Of a stretch of 64,000 bases of DNA, positions 1 through 12,800 are shown piece after piece. The position numbers and the translations under genes were made by a program. The notes beneath the pieces are model-generated. The model saw only the letters and a program-made list of their open reading frames with translations. It did not search any database and was not told where the DNA came from. The DNA comes from Mytilus trossulus (lineage: Eukaryota): NCBI RefSeq assembly GCF_036588685.1, contig NC_086386.1, positions 39,742,001-39,806,000 on the forward strand, read 5' to 3'. Numbering within the stretch: the first letter of the stretch is position 1; the number at the start of each line of letters is the position of its first letter.

Positions 1-1837
1 AAAAACATCACAAAAATAAATAACCCTTTTTTGTAGATCGTCAATGTGTCTAAGCCAATGTACATGGTTTCAATATATAATGTGAAATAAATCTGGTTCA
101 CTTAAGAATGACTTTAACCATGTTAACACTCCATAACACCAGCCCCGACAAACTTGGTAAAGACGATGGAAATGTGAAGAATTGACAGATGGACGGGCGG
201 ACCAACGGAACATAGTGAAACAAGACAGATAACAACAGCTCACCTTACCAACACTAGAACAAAATGTATTAGATTTTGCAAACGAAAATTTCTAATTTCT
301 ACGTGATTTTTAGGCAGTTAAGCTGCCTTATGTGAGCACCCTGGATTTGGGTCCCCCCCTGGGATTTTTTGAAAAAGTGCCATTGCTCTGATCTGGCAGG
401 TCTGGTAGATTCTTTATAACTAATTAATTAGACATTTTTTTCACACTTTTTGTTATGTAAAACAATAATTATAAAGAAGATTACCTTAAATGATCGTCGA
501 TTTTCCCAAAACAATTGATGTTCCCCATTTGAAAAAGTGCCGATTAAAAAGTTAAGCATAGCTTTTTATCGTCTGTGCTTTTGATGGAGATGTAAGTGAA
601 CTATTATAAGAATAATTTCATTGCAGAAAATGTTTGTAATGAAGGCATTAAAAGTTGCCAAATGGCGCATGGATATTATTTTGCGGCTATCAGTGACGCC
701 GTTGAATTGGGTGGATTCCATCTTAATAAACAGGTATATATTTAAAAGCATTGTCTTGCTTCCTGTCTGTATAAGTTTAATTTGTGAGAATACTTGATTA
801 TTTCATTTCTGATCTTAATCTTTATAGGTGAAGATATGTATTTTATTTAATTATTTAATGCAAGCTGATGTTATTTGTCATGCCAGTCGTGTCTCTCCGT
901 CGTGTATACCCCAAAACATTACACTCGATCAGGGCCTTGGAATTTTAATCGGGACCTCATTTGAATACGTATTTATAGATTTTGTCGATGTCAATCATGT
1001 CAATTAAAGGTGAAATGCAAAGGTTTTTAAAAACTTTCTTTGTTTCATATTTTAATAAATTGTTTAAAATAAATACTAAAAAATATATTGGTAGTCGTAT
1101 GTGTGTCCTCGTAATACCTACATGTATAAAACAGGTAACTTCATGGTTAATTGGGGAAAGTGCAACATGATTGTCTCCCTTTGTTCTGGAATGCTGGTGA
1201 CGTCATTCGTGTCCTCTCATTATGTAAACAAACAAGCACGGCCTTGAATATGTGAACGACAATACAGTGATACACAGCTACGGACTATAGATTCACAGAC
1301 GATGAAAGTGAACAGATAGACATTCCCAAGGTTAAACTATGCCAGTACAATCATACATGTATGAACCTGTAAGTCAGAGCCAGAGGATTGCTGGTGCCCT
1401 AATCGGTAACTGGATAAAGAAGCCAACATTTTCTACATCTGATGGTGAAGATGGAAACGAAATAGATCTTTAACAGCCTGCTGGCTTCAAAATCTCTCAT
1501 CACATGCTCATGGTGCGTAAAGTAGATAGTAAAATAATGTTTTTAGGCATAATTTTTGTGAGTCCAAGATTACTCTGACATCCAGTGGGTGTTTTATAGG
1601 ACAAGCTTGGGCCCTCAATATGACCCCAGTTTGTCTGGCAAAACAGTCGTTGGACGTCAGAGTCATCTCGGACATTTTTTTTGTAATCATAGAATAATGA
1701 TGTAAATAGGTTGGTATACACAGTACATGTACATTGCAACCTTTAGCTGTTGAGGGACGGGTTGGCAACGAACATGAGAAATTGAGGGGGAGTAGGGATC
1801 GAGATGTAATTGTCAATATCCAGAAGCAATATTCCAT

Positions 1838-4310
1838 GGGTTACACTAATGTCCTGACAATGTCCTGACAATGACCTGACAATGTCCTGACAGAAATGAA
1901 AATGCTTAATACTTTTTTATTATTGGAAGGATTTACTTGAAATTTGGAATCAAGCAAGATGAGAACTTATATTTAATAAATAAAATTTAAAAAAAATAAA
2001 AAAATATTTTTAAGAGTTAGAAAACTTGACCTGACCAACTTGACTTTGAAACTACTAATGTCCTGACCAATATGAAACGGCTAAAAATGTTTTATTATTG
2101 ACAGGATAGACTTCAAATTCGATATCAAGGAAGATTAATACATTTGATACAAAAATATAAGAAAAAATAAGAAAATAAATATTTAAGAGTTAGAAAACTT
2201 GACCTGACCAACTACGTACTCCCGTGACTATTGTCCTGACCGATGTAAAATGCTAATTACTTTTTTGTAATTTGAAGGTTCGACTTCAAATTTGATGTCA
2301 GGGAAGATTCTAACATTGAATACAGAGATATAAGAAAAAATATTTAAAAAACTAATTTTAAGTGTTAGAAAACTTGACCTGACCAACTACGTATTTCCCA
2401 TGACTAATGTCCTGACCAATGTAGAAAATGCCTAAAACTTTTTTATTCTTTAATGTATGGATTTCAAATTTGATGTCAAGGTAGATTATAATACTAAATA
2501 TATTGATGCAAAAAAAAGATTAAAAAAGATAATTTAAAGAGTTAAAAAGTTGACCTGACCAACGTTGACACTGCTCTGACTAATGTCCTGACCGATGCAG
2601 AAAACTTTTTATTATTAAAAAAAATGACTCAAGTTCCTTACCAAGGAAGATGATAGCAATAAATATAGGAATTTATGAGAGAAAAAAAACGCTGAAATTT
2701 TTTATTTTTTTATTTTTTTGAAATGTTAGAAAACTTGACCTGACCAACTTGATAATTGTCATGATGAATGTCCTGACCGTTATAAAGATATCAATAACCT
2801 TTTTGTTATTTATTGGGATATTACCAAGTTAGGTATCAGGGAAGATTACAACACTTAGTATAAGCATGTAAAAAAAATATTTTAAACTTGACCTCACCAA
2901 TGTTTACCTTGTCCTGCAATGTTCTGACTATGAAGAAAAGACAAATATTATATTACTGGTTTTTATTTCTCTATCTAAAGACAGGCCGCTAAAGACAGAA
3001 TATACTAAATTCTTTAAATGAGATTGATCTTTTTTTTATTTAAACATAGTAGAGAAAGAACTTGGATGCACTTTTTATTATTCGTAATATATGTGTATAA
3101 GAAAGGTAAAAGACAGTGACATGATAAAATTATATTTCTGTGTGATTCTAACATAATTTTACTTTGAATGCTTGTAAAAACAATATATTGACATCAAAAG
3201 AAGCCCATTTCCTGTCCTTTTTTTTGTATGTTTATGTTATTTGACATGTTTAATCCCTCCTTAACTAAACAACAAAAAATGAGTGAAATAAATAAGATAA
3301 TATAGTTATGTAAACACTACAATTTGTGTTAATTTTAATTAATGTATGTGTGAATAAATTTTAATTATTCATGTCACTGTCTTTGGACTTAATTGCATTC
3401 TGTTCATCTTTAAAATCCTTTCATATTAAATGTAGAAAAGGTGCATTTACTTAGTATCTACAGCATCTCTAATCACATATCACTTTTCTCAGTGATATTA
3501 AATTTAATAATATCCCTTTCAATAACAAAAAAGTTATTGAACGGTCAGGACATTCGTCATGATATAAAGGTCAAGCTGGTCAGGTCAAGTTTTCTTACAT
3601 TTAAAAAAATAACAAACATTTTTTTCATAAACTTTAATTATGAATATTATAATTTCCCTTGGTAAGGATCTATAATTAAGTCAATTCTTTCAATAACAAA
3701 AAAGCAATTAACATTTTCTACATTGATCAGGACATTAGTCAGTGCAGAGTCGACGCTGGTCAGGTCAAGTTTTCTAACACTTAAAATAAGTTTTTTTAAT
3801 ATTTTTTCTTATATCTCTGTATTCAATGATAGAATCTTCCCCCTGACATCAAATTTGAAGTCGAACCTTCAAATAACAGAAAAGTAATTAGCATTTTACA
3901 TCGGTCAGGACATTAGTCACGGGAGTACGTAGTTGGTCAGGTCAAGTTTTCTAACTCTTGAAAATATTTATTTTCTTATTTTTTCTTATATTTTTGTACC
4001 AAATGTATTAATCTTCCTTGGTATCGAATTTGAAGTCTATCCTGTCAATAATAAAACATTTTTTAGCCGTTTCATATCGGTCAGGACATTTGTAGTTTCA
4101 AAGTCAAGTTGGTCAGGTCAAGTTTTCTAACTCTTAAAAATATTTTTTTATTTTTTTAAAATTTTATTTATTAAATATAAGTTCTCATCTTGCTTGATTC
4201 CAAATTTCAAGTAAATCCTTCCAATAATAAAAAAAGTATTAAGCATTTTCATTTCTGTCAGGACATTGTCAGGTCATTGTCAGGACATTGTCAGGACATT
4301 AGTGTAACCC
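1838..4310. mobile_element. Foldback/MULE-like non-autonomous DNA transposon with long modular TIRs
   Basis: Ends GGGTTACACTAATGTCCTGACA...TGTCAGGACATTAGTGTAACCC; 9-bp TSD ATATTCCAT at 1829-1837 and 4311-4319; arms built of ~175-bp subrepeats (ACTTGACCTGACCAAC...TAATGTCCTGACC); no transposase ORF. Confidence 0.9.
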
Positions 4311-4336
4311 ATATTCCATCAATTCATAAATCTTAC

Positions 4337-4423
4337 CAATTTCTTCAAATGAGCAGCTTGCTCTTTGTGAAAGTCAAGCTTATGCAGAGAAGTTGGACGG
4401 TGTTTGTCAACCCAAAGACTCAT
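4337..4423 (-). CDS. RFC3: Replication factor C subunit 3, first coding exon (rest of gene not found, probably off the left edge)
   Basis: Translates MSLWVDKHRPTSLHKLDFHKEQAAHLKKL, matching the conserved RFC3 N-terminus (human MSLWVDKYRP...LDYHKEQAAQLRNL); 87 nt followed by a phase-0 GTAAGA donor. Confidence 0.88.
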
Positions 4424-4689
4424 TTTTAAACCTCTTAGATTTCTGTTTTCTTTTTCAAGTTTAACCCGCGCAATATTCTGGGTGTAAAAGATTAATTTGA
4501 GCAAACGTAAGTTGTATGATTTTAAAAACGCATAAGCGATCTCAAGAAATAACTGTAAACATAAAACAATGTCCGAATAAATATGAAAGTATTCCGGATA
4601 ATAGAGGATCTCCTGTCAATGTTTAGCAGGATATACTGTTCCCAGGTTTTAGCATTTGTCGAATAAATAAATTAAAAAAATATGATATT

Positions 4690-6350
4690 AAATAAATTTG
4701 TTAACACAGAAAACAGAGTCATAAAACAGCGAAACGCAATATAGGTTAGTGACCATAACCTAGAAGTTGAAATGGGAAGATATAAAAAGGCAGTGGCTAT
4801 TTGACCGGCACCGGCAAAATAGCAAATTTGCTATTTAGCCGGCACTGAATAAAACTGTTCATTTATGTGATTTATAGCAGAGAATAAAAAAGCTTAATAA
4901 TAATTTAAAATAACTTATTCACAATATCAAGCATTTAAAATACTGTACAATCAAAAATAAAATATTGAAGATGTTCATAAATAAATAATTCATAACTTTA
5001 TAACATTAATTAAAAGCATGAAATCACATTTGTATATACATTACTAAATATATTTTTTTCTAAAATATTTATTAAAAAGATGCACATCTGTGTAAAATCT
5101 ATGGTTTAAAGATCCTGCTACGCTATAAAAATAGTACTATGTAAAACTACGTACATCATAAAAAAGACAATATTAAAAGTTGTTTTCTACGAATTTCAAA
5201 AAGACACATGATTTCACATTTGCAATTGATACAAAACCAAATCTTTGCCTTTGGAAATTGTTTCAGTCTAGCACAAGATAAAAGTTGCCACTGCAAACAG
5301 GAACTAAACACATTACACTGAGTGAGGAAATTTCTTAAAGCACGAAATACAGGGAGACACAAATTATGTCACAGCAAATGGCTAGTCTTTCATCCGAAGC
5401 TACTGGTGGTGAATACCAAAAAGAGATTAGATGTTATTCAGAGCATTTCAAATTTTTGGAGTCCCGACCTCTATGGTTCTTGAAGTTCTAATGTCTTTTT
5501 GGTATTTAAGGTGGTACCCAACACATTCGCAACTTTTAATATTGTCTTTTTTATGATGAACATAGTTTTACATAACACTATTTTTATAGCGTGGCAGGAT
5601 ATTTAGACCATAGATTTTACACAGATTTGGACATCTTTTTCATAAATATTTTAGAAAAAATTATATTTAGTAATGCATATACAAATGCGTTTTCATGCTT
5701 TGAACTAATATTATAAAGTTATAAATTATTTATTTATAAACATCTTCAATATTTTATTTTTGATTGTTCTGTATGTTTAATGCTTGATATTGTGATAAAA
5801 TGATTTTAAATTATTATTAAGCTTTTTTACTCTCTACTAAATCACATCAATGAACAGTTTTATTCAGTGCCGGCTAAATAGCAAATTTGCTATTTTGCCG
5901 GTGCCGGTCAAATAGCAAATCTACTATTTAGCCGGTGCCGGTCAAATAGCCACTGCCATATAAAAATGTACCCAGAGATCAAAGGTTATGTAAACTTTGT
6001 AATAAAATTGATGATGAATACCATTTTTTACTATACTGCAAACTAAACTCAACTTTAAGAGATTACTTATTTTTTAAAGATTAATAATTTAAATCCTGAT
6101 TTTACAAATTATCAACCACTTTTAAAGCTAAAACAACTTTTAAATCCTAAATCTGAGCTTTTGACAGAAATTGGTGACTTTATAAAGCAATCATTAAAAT
6201 TGCGAAAATGAGGTCCATGTCCATCAAAGGCTACATTAATTACCATTTATAACTATGTTTTTTTTATGTTTATATTTGGAATTCTTCACTGTCTGTATTA
6301 AATGTTGTATTTGTGTTTGCTTGACCCATATGGGTGTATTTTTGCAAATA
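4690..6350 (+). mobile_element. 3' fragment of a non-LTR retrotransposon, split by the 4789-5957 element
   Basis: Removing the nested element and one TSD restores in-frame SDHNLEVEMGRYK|NVPRDQRLCKLCNKIDDEYHFLLYC, the same type of C-terminal motif as the 13556-13996 LINE ORF; boundaries approximate. Confidence 0.7.
4789..5957. mobile_element. MULE-like non-autonomous element with long TIRs
   Basis: TIR GGCAGTGGCTATTTGACCGGCACCGGC, arms ~350 bp; 9-bp TSD ATATAAAAA at 4780-4788 and 5958-5966. Confidence 0.9.
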
Positions 6351-6371
6351 AATTGATATAATTAAAGATAC

Positions 6372-6411
6372 CAAGGATTTGTATAGTTAGATCTAACTAT
6401 ACAAATCCTTG
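6372..6411. mobile_element. 40-bp perfect palindrome with 7-bp flanking direct repeat (TIR-only mini element)
   Basis: CAAGGATTTGTATAGTTAGA|TCTAACTATACAAATCCTTG flanked by AAGATAC on both sides. Confidence 0.7.
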
Positions 6412-6514
6412 AAGATACAAACAAAATTAGTTTGAAGAAAAGGGGGTTAAAAATGCCCTTTCCCAAAGTGCATATGCCTATGACACAAATGAGCATCTAC
6501 ATTCATCGTATGAA

Positions 6515-8700
6515 AAATACACTAGATCTCTTTCTCACTAATTCACCAAGTCTAGTTCAGAGGGTAGATGTCCTCCCGGGTATATCAGACCATGACATAT
6601 GGTCTTCACAGAGTTTGACATGAATGGGCATGAATACCATCAAATTTAAGGAACAAGAAATTTAAGACCCATACCACATTATAAGAAAGCAAATTGGGAA
6701 GGTTTCAAAGAAGACCTTACAGCACTACATAAACAACTGAGTCAAATGTATAAATCTAAAATCATAAATGCAAATGACATGTGGGTATATATAGAATAAA
6801 AAATGCTCTGCTCAAAGGAATAAAAGATCATATGCCACAAAAAATCCAAGAAGAAAAATAAACACCCATGGATAAATAGTAATCTAAAAAAAGCTGACAA
6901 AAAGACAACAACGACTCTACAAAAGAATGAAGAAATCACAAGATCCTAAAGTCAAAGAAGAATATAAAGCCCTAAAGAAAGATGTACACAGAAAACAACG
7001 TAATGCGTATTGGCAATACATCGAAGATATTATCACTCCTCAAAACGATGAGAAACCATTTGAGGGATCGAAGAAATTCTGGTCTTTTGTTAAACATATA
7101 GGGAAAGAAATGATTGGCATAACAGTACTTATGAAAGAAGGAAACTGTTCACTGAACCAGCGGAAAAAGTTAACAACATCCTTAATGCACAATTTCAATC
7201 TGCATTCTCTGACACTTTCACAAAAGATCAATGTATATCATCTAAGCGAATGAAAACTAAGAATACATCACCAACTATGAAAAACATAACCATAACAACA
7301 GAGGGCATAGACAAACTACTGAAAAACTTGAACCCAAACAAATCACCAGGTCCGGATGGAATATCACCTAGAATCCTCAAAAAACTACACAGTGAGACAG
7401 CACCTCTCCTATAGTTATTGTTTTCAAAATCCCTAGATACTGGAGTGGTTCCAGATGACTGGCGTTCAGCTAACGTGTCTCCGGTCTACAAGAAGGGCCA
7501 AAAGTATACTGCTTCAAACTACAGACCAATCTCACTCAATTTGCTGTAAAGTATTGGAACATATAATTGTATCATCAATTATGACCCATGGTGAAAACAA
7601 CAAAATTCTTTACAAATTTCAACATGGTTTCAGGAAAGGCAGGTCCTGTGAAACTCAGCTCATCGAATTTATTGACGACCTAGCTAATAACATGAACATG
7701 GGACAACAAACAGATGTGCTGATAATGTACTTTGCTAAGGCCTTTGATAAGGTCAACCACAGTTTACTAGTAAACAAACTACATACTTACGGAATAAAAG
7801 GCAACACAAACAGGTGGATAAAAAACATGCTGAGTGGAAGAACACAAACTGTTGTACTAGAAGGATGCAATTCAACATCAGTCCCTGTTGACTTAGGAGT
7901 ACCACGGGGCTCAGTCCTTCTATACTACATCAACGATCTGCAAGAAGATTTAAATGCTACAGTTCGCCTGTTTGCAGATGATACCATCGTCTACCTGACA
8001 ATAACATCAAAAGACAGTGGAACATTTTTACAAGAAGACCTTGATAAATTAGCTGAATGGGAACAATTATGGTGCATGAAATTCCACCCCGACAAATGTA
8101 ACATATTGAGGGTAACAAACAAGAAAACACCAATTCAAACTTCATACAACCTCCATGGTCATAATTTGGAAGAAGTGCAGGCAGTCAAATATTTTGGTCT
8201 CACCATTCAAAACAACCTAAAATGGGATCAACACATGCATACAACAGATAACTGACAAAGCAAATAAAACACTCGGATTCCTGAGGAGAAACATCAGAAT
8301 ATCATCAACAAAATTAAAAAGCCAAGCTAATATTGGACTAGTAAGACCACAATTAGAATATGCCGCATCTGTTTGGGACCCAGCAACAAAAGAATCAATC
8401 TACAAAATAGAACAGATACAAAGAAGAGCTGCAGGATACGTGACAAATAAGTACAAACCTACTGCAAGTGTCACAGAAATGATAGACCACCTAAAATGGA
8501 AACCACTGCAACAACGAAGAAAGGAAACCAGACTAGCGATGTTCTATAAAATAGAGAATAATATGGTATCAATAGAGAAAGAAGGACGAATCACACCATC
8601 AGTAAGAAAAGGGATAAATATACATTCTAAGGCATACCAAGTACCGCACTCACGTATTGATGCACACAAGACATCATACTTACCACAGACTATAAGACAG
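6515..8700 (+). mobile_element. Degraded CR1/L2-group LINE ORF2 (reverse transcriptase) remnant
   Basis: Frameshifted ORFs 6927-7253, 7455-8255 and 8440-8742 with QHGFRKGRSCETQL, FAKAFDKV, GVPRGS and LFADD motifs; absent from the paralogous region near 18265-18495. Confidence 0.88.
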
Positions 8701-9143
8701 AAACAGAAACAAATGTATCCGTATCGCATTAGATCCGACTGAATGAAACCAAGCTGTGTTTTCCAATAGTGTCATGTCTATGCGAGTCTGAGACTACTTT
8801 AACACTGTTTTATAGTAGTCACATTGTGACTCAGTATGCAGTTGCGGTTCCAGGGGTTCAGAGGTTTGAGCCACCTTTTTTTTCGATTACTGCTTTTGAA
8901 TAGGAACATATGGTTGCCCCCTCCCCACAGGCACATTTGTCTCTGAAAAAAAACTTATATATACAATAATATAACACTAGGATTTTTTTTTCTGAGATAA
9001 GTGCCTGTGTCCCTCACCACACACACACACACAGCTATCCCGGATTGGAAGCCGTTTTTTAAAAAAAAATGGCCTGGATCCTCCCCTGTCAGTATTGCAT
9101 TATACTGTGTCACAGTCTAACAGACGTATATTTAAAGAAACTA

Positions 9144-9712
9144 TGTTTTAACAATATTATACAAATATAGCCTTTGTATGAGGTCGATACAAGGATATAT
9201 TGACCTGAAAGAAGTATATTGACTGAGGACGAAGTCCGAGGTCGATATACTTCTTTGGGTCGATATATCCTTGTATCGACCTCATACAAAGGCTATATTT
9301 GTATAATATTGTTAAAACATATTAATTTCCGACCATATTTGTATCAAAATCGTCATTTAGTTTTGTTGGAATTTTATAGATATTACATTTTCTCCTTGAC
9401 AATAACAACATATTAGTTGTTATTTCATTTACTACTTTTTTTATATCTTATATATTCGAAGATTTTTTTCGTCAAATAATCGATCACAGATATTATGTGT
9501 TTCAAAACGTTAAACAATATCCTGAAATTCATTACATGACGTCACAAAGTATATCGGTTTTTAGATATTCTAAAAATAACCGTGCGATATGCGTTTTGCA
9601 GGTCAATATGTTTTTTGCTATCCGCCGTTTTCTCTCTACCTTCGAAAATATAGTTTAACATGTGACTATCCTTAAACGAATCAAATTTGTTAAAATATAC
9701 GAATTAATAATA
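9144..9712. mobile_element. Unclassified non-autonomous element with ~180-bp hairpin (9144-9321), just upstream of LITAF-like gene 1
   Basis: Near-perfect inverted repeat around GAGGACGAAGTCCGAG; ~550 bp present here and absent at the paralogous position ~18945. Confidence 0.65.
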
Positions 9713-9820
9713 TGATAGTATATAGTCTCGGTTGATAGCATTACAACTTTAAATCATTGGTTTTTAAATCGGACATATATTTCGTTTGACACAATCTATA
9801 TCTAAACCGACTTAATAAAT

Positions 9821-12800
9821 ATGGATAAGGGATCACCAAATCCACAGTCGCAGCCTCAACAACAGTACGGCCAACCTCCACAGCAGTATGGTCAGCCTCC
9901 ACAACAGTATGGTCAGCCTCCACAACAGTATGGTCAGCCTCCACAGCAGTATGGTCAACCGCCACAGCAGCATGGTCAACCTCCACAGCAGTATGGTCAA
10001 CCGCCACAGCAGCATGGCCAACCGCCACAGCAGTATGGTCAACAACCCCAACAGCATGTCCAACCTCCAAACCAGTACGGCCAGCCTCCACCAGGTAAAC
10101 AGTCAGCTTTTATATGTTATTTTTGTTTAATTTTCGAACAATTTTCTACATTAATGTCAATAGAATTGTATATTGGTTCGTTTTCCGTTTTATTAAACGT
10201 GTACTACTATAACGACAGTAAATTGTTGAAAGGTGGAAAAAGGACATGAATTTAGAATTTTATCTACTAGTATACGCTTTATTAAAGGTATTAAGTCGGT
10301 CGACATGAAGTTTAGTTAAATGTTAAAATTTTAAATAACTGTTCACCCAAGACTTTTATATGAAAATATTATAGTTGACACTGTACACAAAACAATATAT
10401 CATATGGTTCCAGGTCGTTCTTCCTTCAATAATGACCCAAAACCTGTACCACATAGCCAGCGATACAATGCCCCGAAAAAAACCAAATGTTAAACATTTT
10501 AAAAGAGAAAACTAACGGCTTCATTTGTATACAAAACAATGAACAAAAAAAATAATATGATATAAAGAATCAAAGTGAATAAACTGTGTCTCTTTAACGA
10601 AAAAAACAACCACACAAAAGCTAAAGCGCGATTGAGATCCACACTGACCAAACTTAAACTTTTGTCTTTACAATATTTAAAGAGAACACAAATGACTGAA
10701 CAGCGAACGTCATAATGAGTTAAACCTTCAAATTAAGTAAACCACCATTGATAACAATAATTATGATATATGGTTATAAAAGAATGTAAAATTTCTGACT
10801 ACAAAGAAATGAAATTGTATGAGTTATATTTTTTAAATCCATTACTTTGCATTAGGAAAAAATGTTTGTCGAACAAGAAGTCAAACAAGAAGCACTAATT
10901 GGCTAAACTTAGTACACATGTTCCCTATGATATATGATCTTTCCAATCTAATTAAAATATTGATCTCTGATTACGTTATTAAAATATTGATCTAATCAGA
11001 GATCAATATTTTAATTAGATTGATGATCTTTCTAATTTTAATGCCAAATTAGCGGAGATTTTACCCAAATTTCACGGTTCACTGGACATAGAAAATTATA
11101 GTGTGGGTGCATCCGTGTACTTGGGACATATTTTGAATACAGGTATTATACCTGAAAATTGGACTTCTGGTATTATTAAACCAGTTTTCAAAAACAAGGG
11201 TTGTAAAATTGATCCTGATAACTATAGAGCAATTACGCTCATCAGTTGCCTTGGGAAACTTTTCACATGCATTTTAAATACTAGACTGAATATTTTTTCT
11301 AATGAACTGAATATTATATCTGAGAACCAGACTGGATTCCGTAAGGGATATTCTACACAAGATAATATTTTTGTATTACATGCACTTATTGAACTGTATT
11401 TTTCTTTTGGGAAGAAACTCTTTTGTACATTTGTGGATTTTAGAAAGGCATTCGATACTGTTTGGCGTACAGGGCTGTGGAAAAAATTACAAAAAAGTGA
11501 AATCAAAGGGAAATGTTTTAAAGTTGTGTATAATATGTACAGTGGCATTAAGTCTTGTGTTCAATTTAATGACTCTCAGTCAGAATTCTTTCCATGTCTA
11601 ACAGGTGTTAGACAGGGGACCTGTTAGACAGGGGGAGAATTTATCACCTTTTCTCTTCTCGATCTTTTTAAATGATCTTGAAGACTATTTTTGTCAGCTT
11701 GATGGACTTCCCTTAGAATTAGTTAAAGAGAAACTTGAAAGTGAATTACATATTTTTTATAAAATTTTCATTGTATTATATGCTGATGACACAGTTATCT
11801 TAGCAGAGAGTAAAGATAGTTTACAAAAAGCACTTGATGTATTTCAGTCTTATTGTTCATTGTGGAAACTACAAGTAAATGTAAATAAAACCAAGGTTAT
11901 CATCTTTTCTAAAAGAAAAGTAAACCACAATTTAAGTTTTACATTACAAGGTCATATTCTTGATATTGTAGATACATACCCTTACCTAGGTGTTATATTT
12001 AAATATAATGGTACATTTATTGAGACAAAAAAAAACCTTGTAGAACAAGCAGAAAAGGCAATGTTTTGTGTTTATAAACTTATCAGAAATGAGTCTATAC
12101 CTGTTGATATCCAATTAAAGCTTTTTGATTCGATGATAGAACCAATTTTATTGTATGGTTCAGAAATCTGGGGATAGTACGAAAACCTCAAAACTATTGA
12201 GCAAATCCATTTGAAGTTTTGTAAAAGAGTACTCAAAGTAAGGAACACTACGCCAAATTTTATGGTTTTAGGTGAGCTTGGGAGATTTCCCCTCGAAATT
12301 AAAGTTAAACTTAGAATGGTATCATTCTGGACAAGACTTGTACAAAATGATACTAAACTAAGTAGTATTTTATATCAACTGATGTTATCCTTACAAAGTA
12401 AAACTAAAAATACCTTCAAATGGATTAAATATGTAGAAACTATTTTTGATGAAGTTGGGATGAGTTACATTTTTAGCTCACCTGGCCTAAAAGGCCATGT
12501 GAGCTTTTCTCATCACTTGGCGTCCGTCGTCGTCGTCGTCTGTCGTCGTTAACAATTTTTCAAACATCTTCTCCTCTGAAACTACTGAATGGATTTGAAT
12601 GAAACTTAGCATGATTGTTCCTTAGATTATCCTGCACAAAGTGTGTGCTTTGATTTATGATCCGTCAAAAAACATGGCCGCCGTTACTTAAAATAGAACA
12701 TAGGGGTCAAATGCAGTTTTGGCTTATATCTCAAAAACAAAAGCATTTAGAGCAAATCTGACATGTGGTAAAAATGTTCATTAGGTCAATATCTATCAGC

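Noticed and set aside
300-1830. RFC3 exon 2 or a transposon-derived coding remnant
   Set aside because: Could not find the expected GDFPHLL/GPSGAGKKT peptide on the minus strand and could not define termini or motifs by eye.
9741-10130. Antisense and alternative-frame ORFs over gene 1 exon 1 (also 18988-19215, 15482-15709, 23960-24184, 59532-59750)
   Set aside because: Shadows of the real LITAF exons or of the 21-bp coding repeat.
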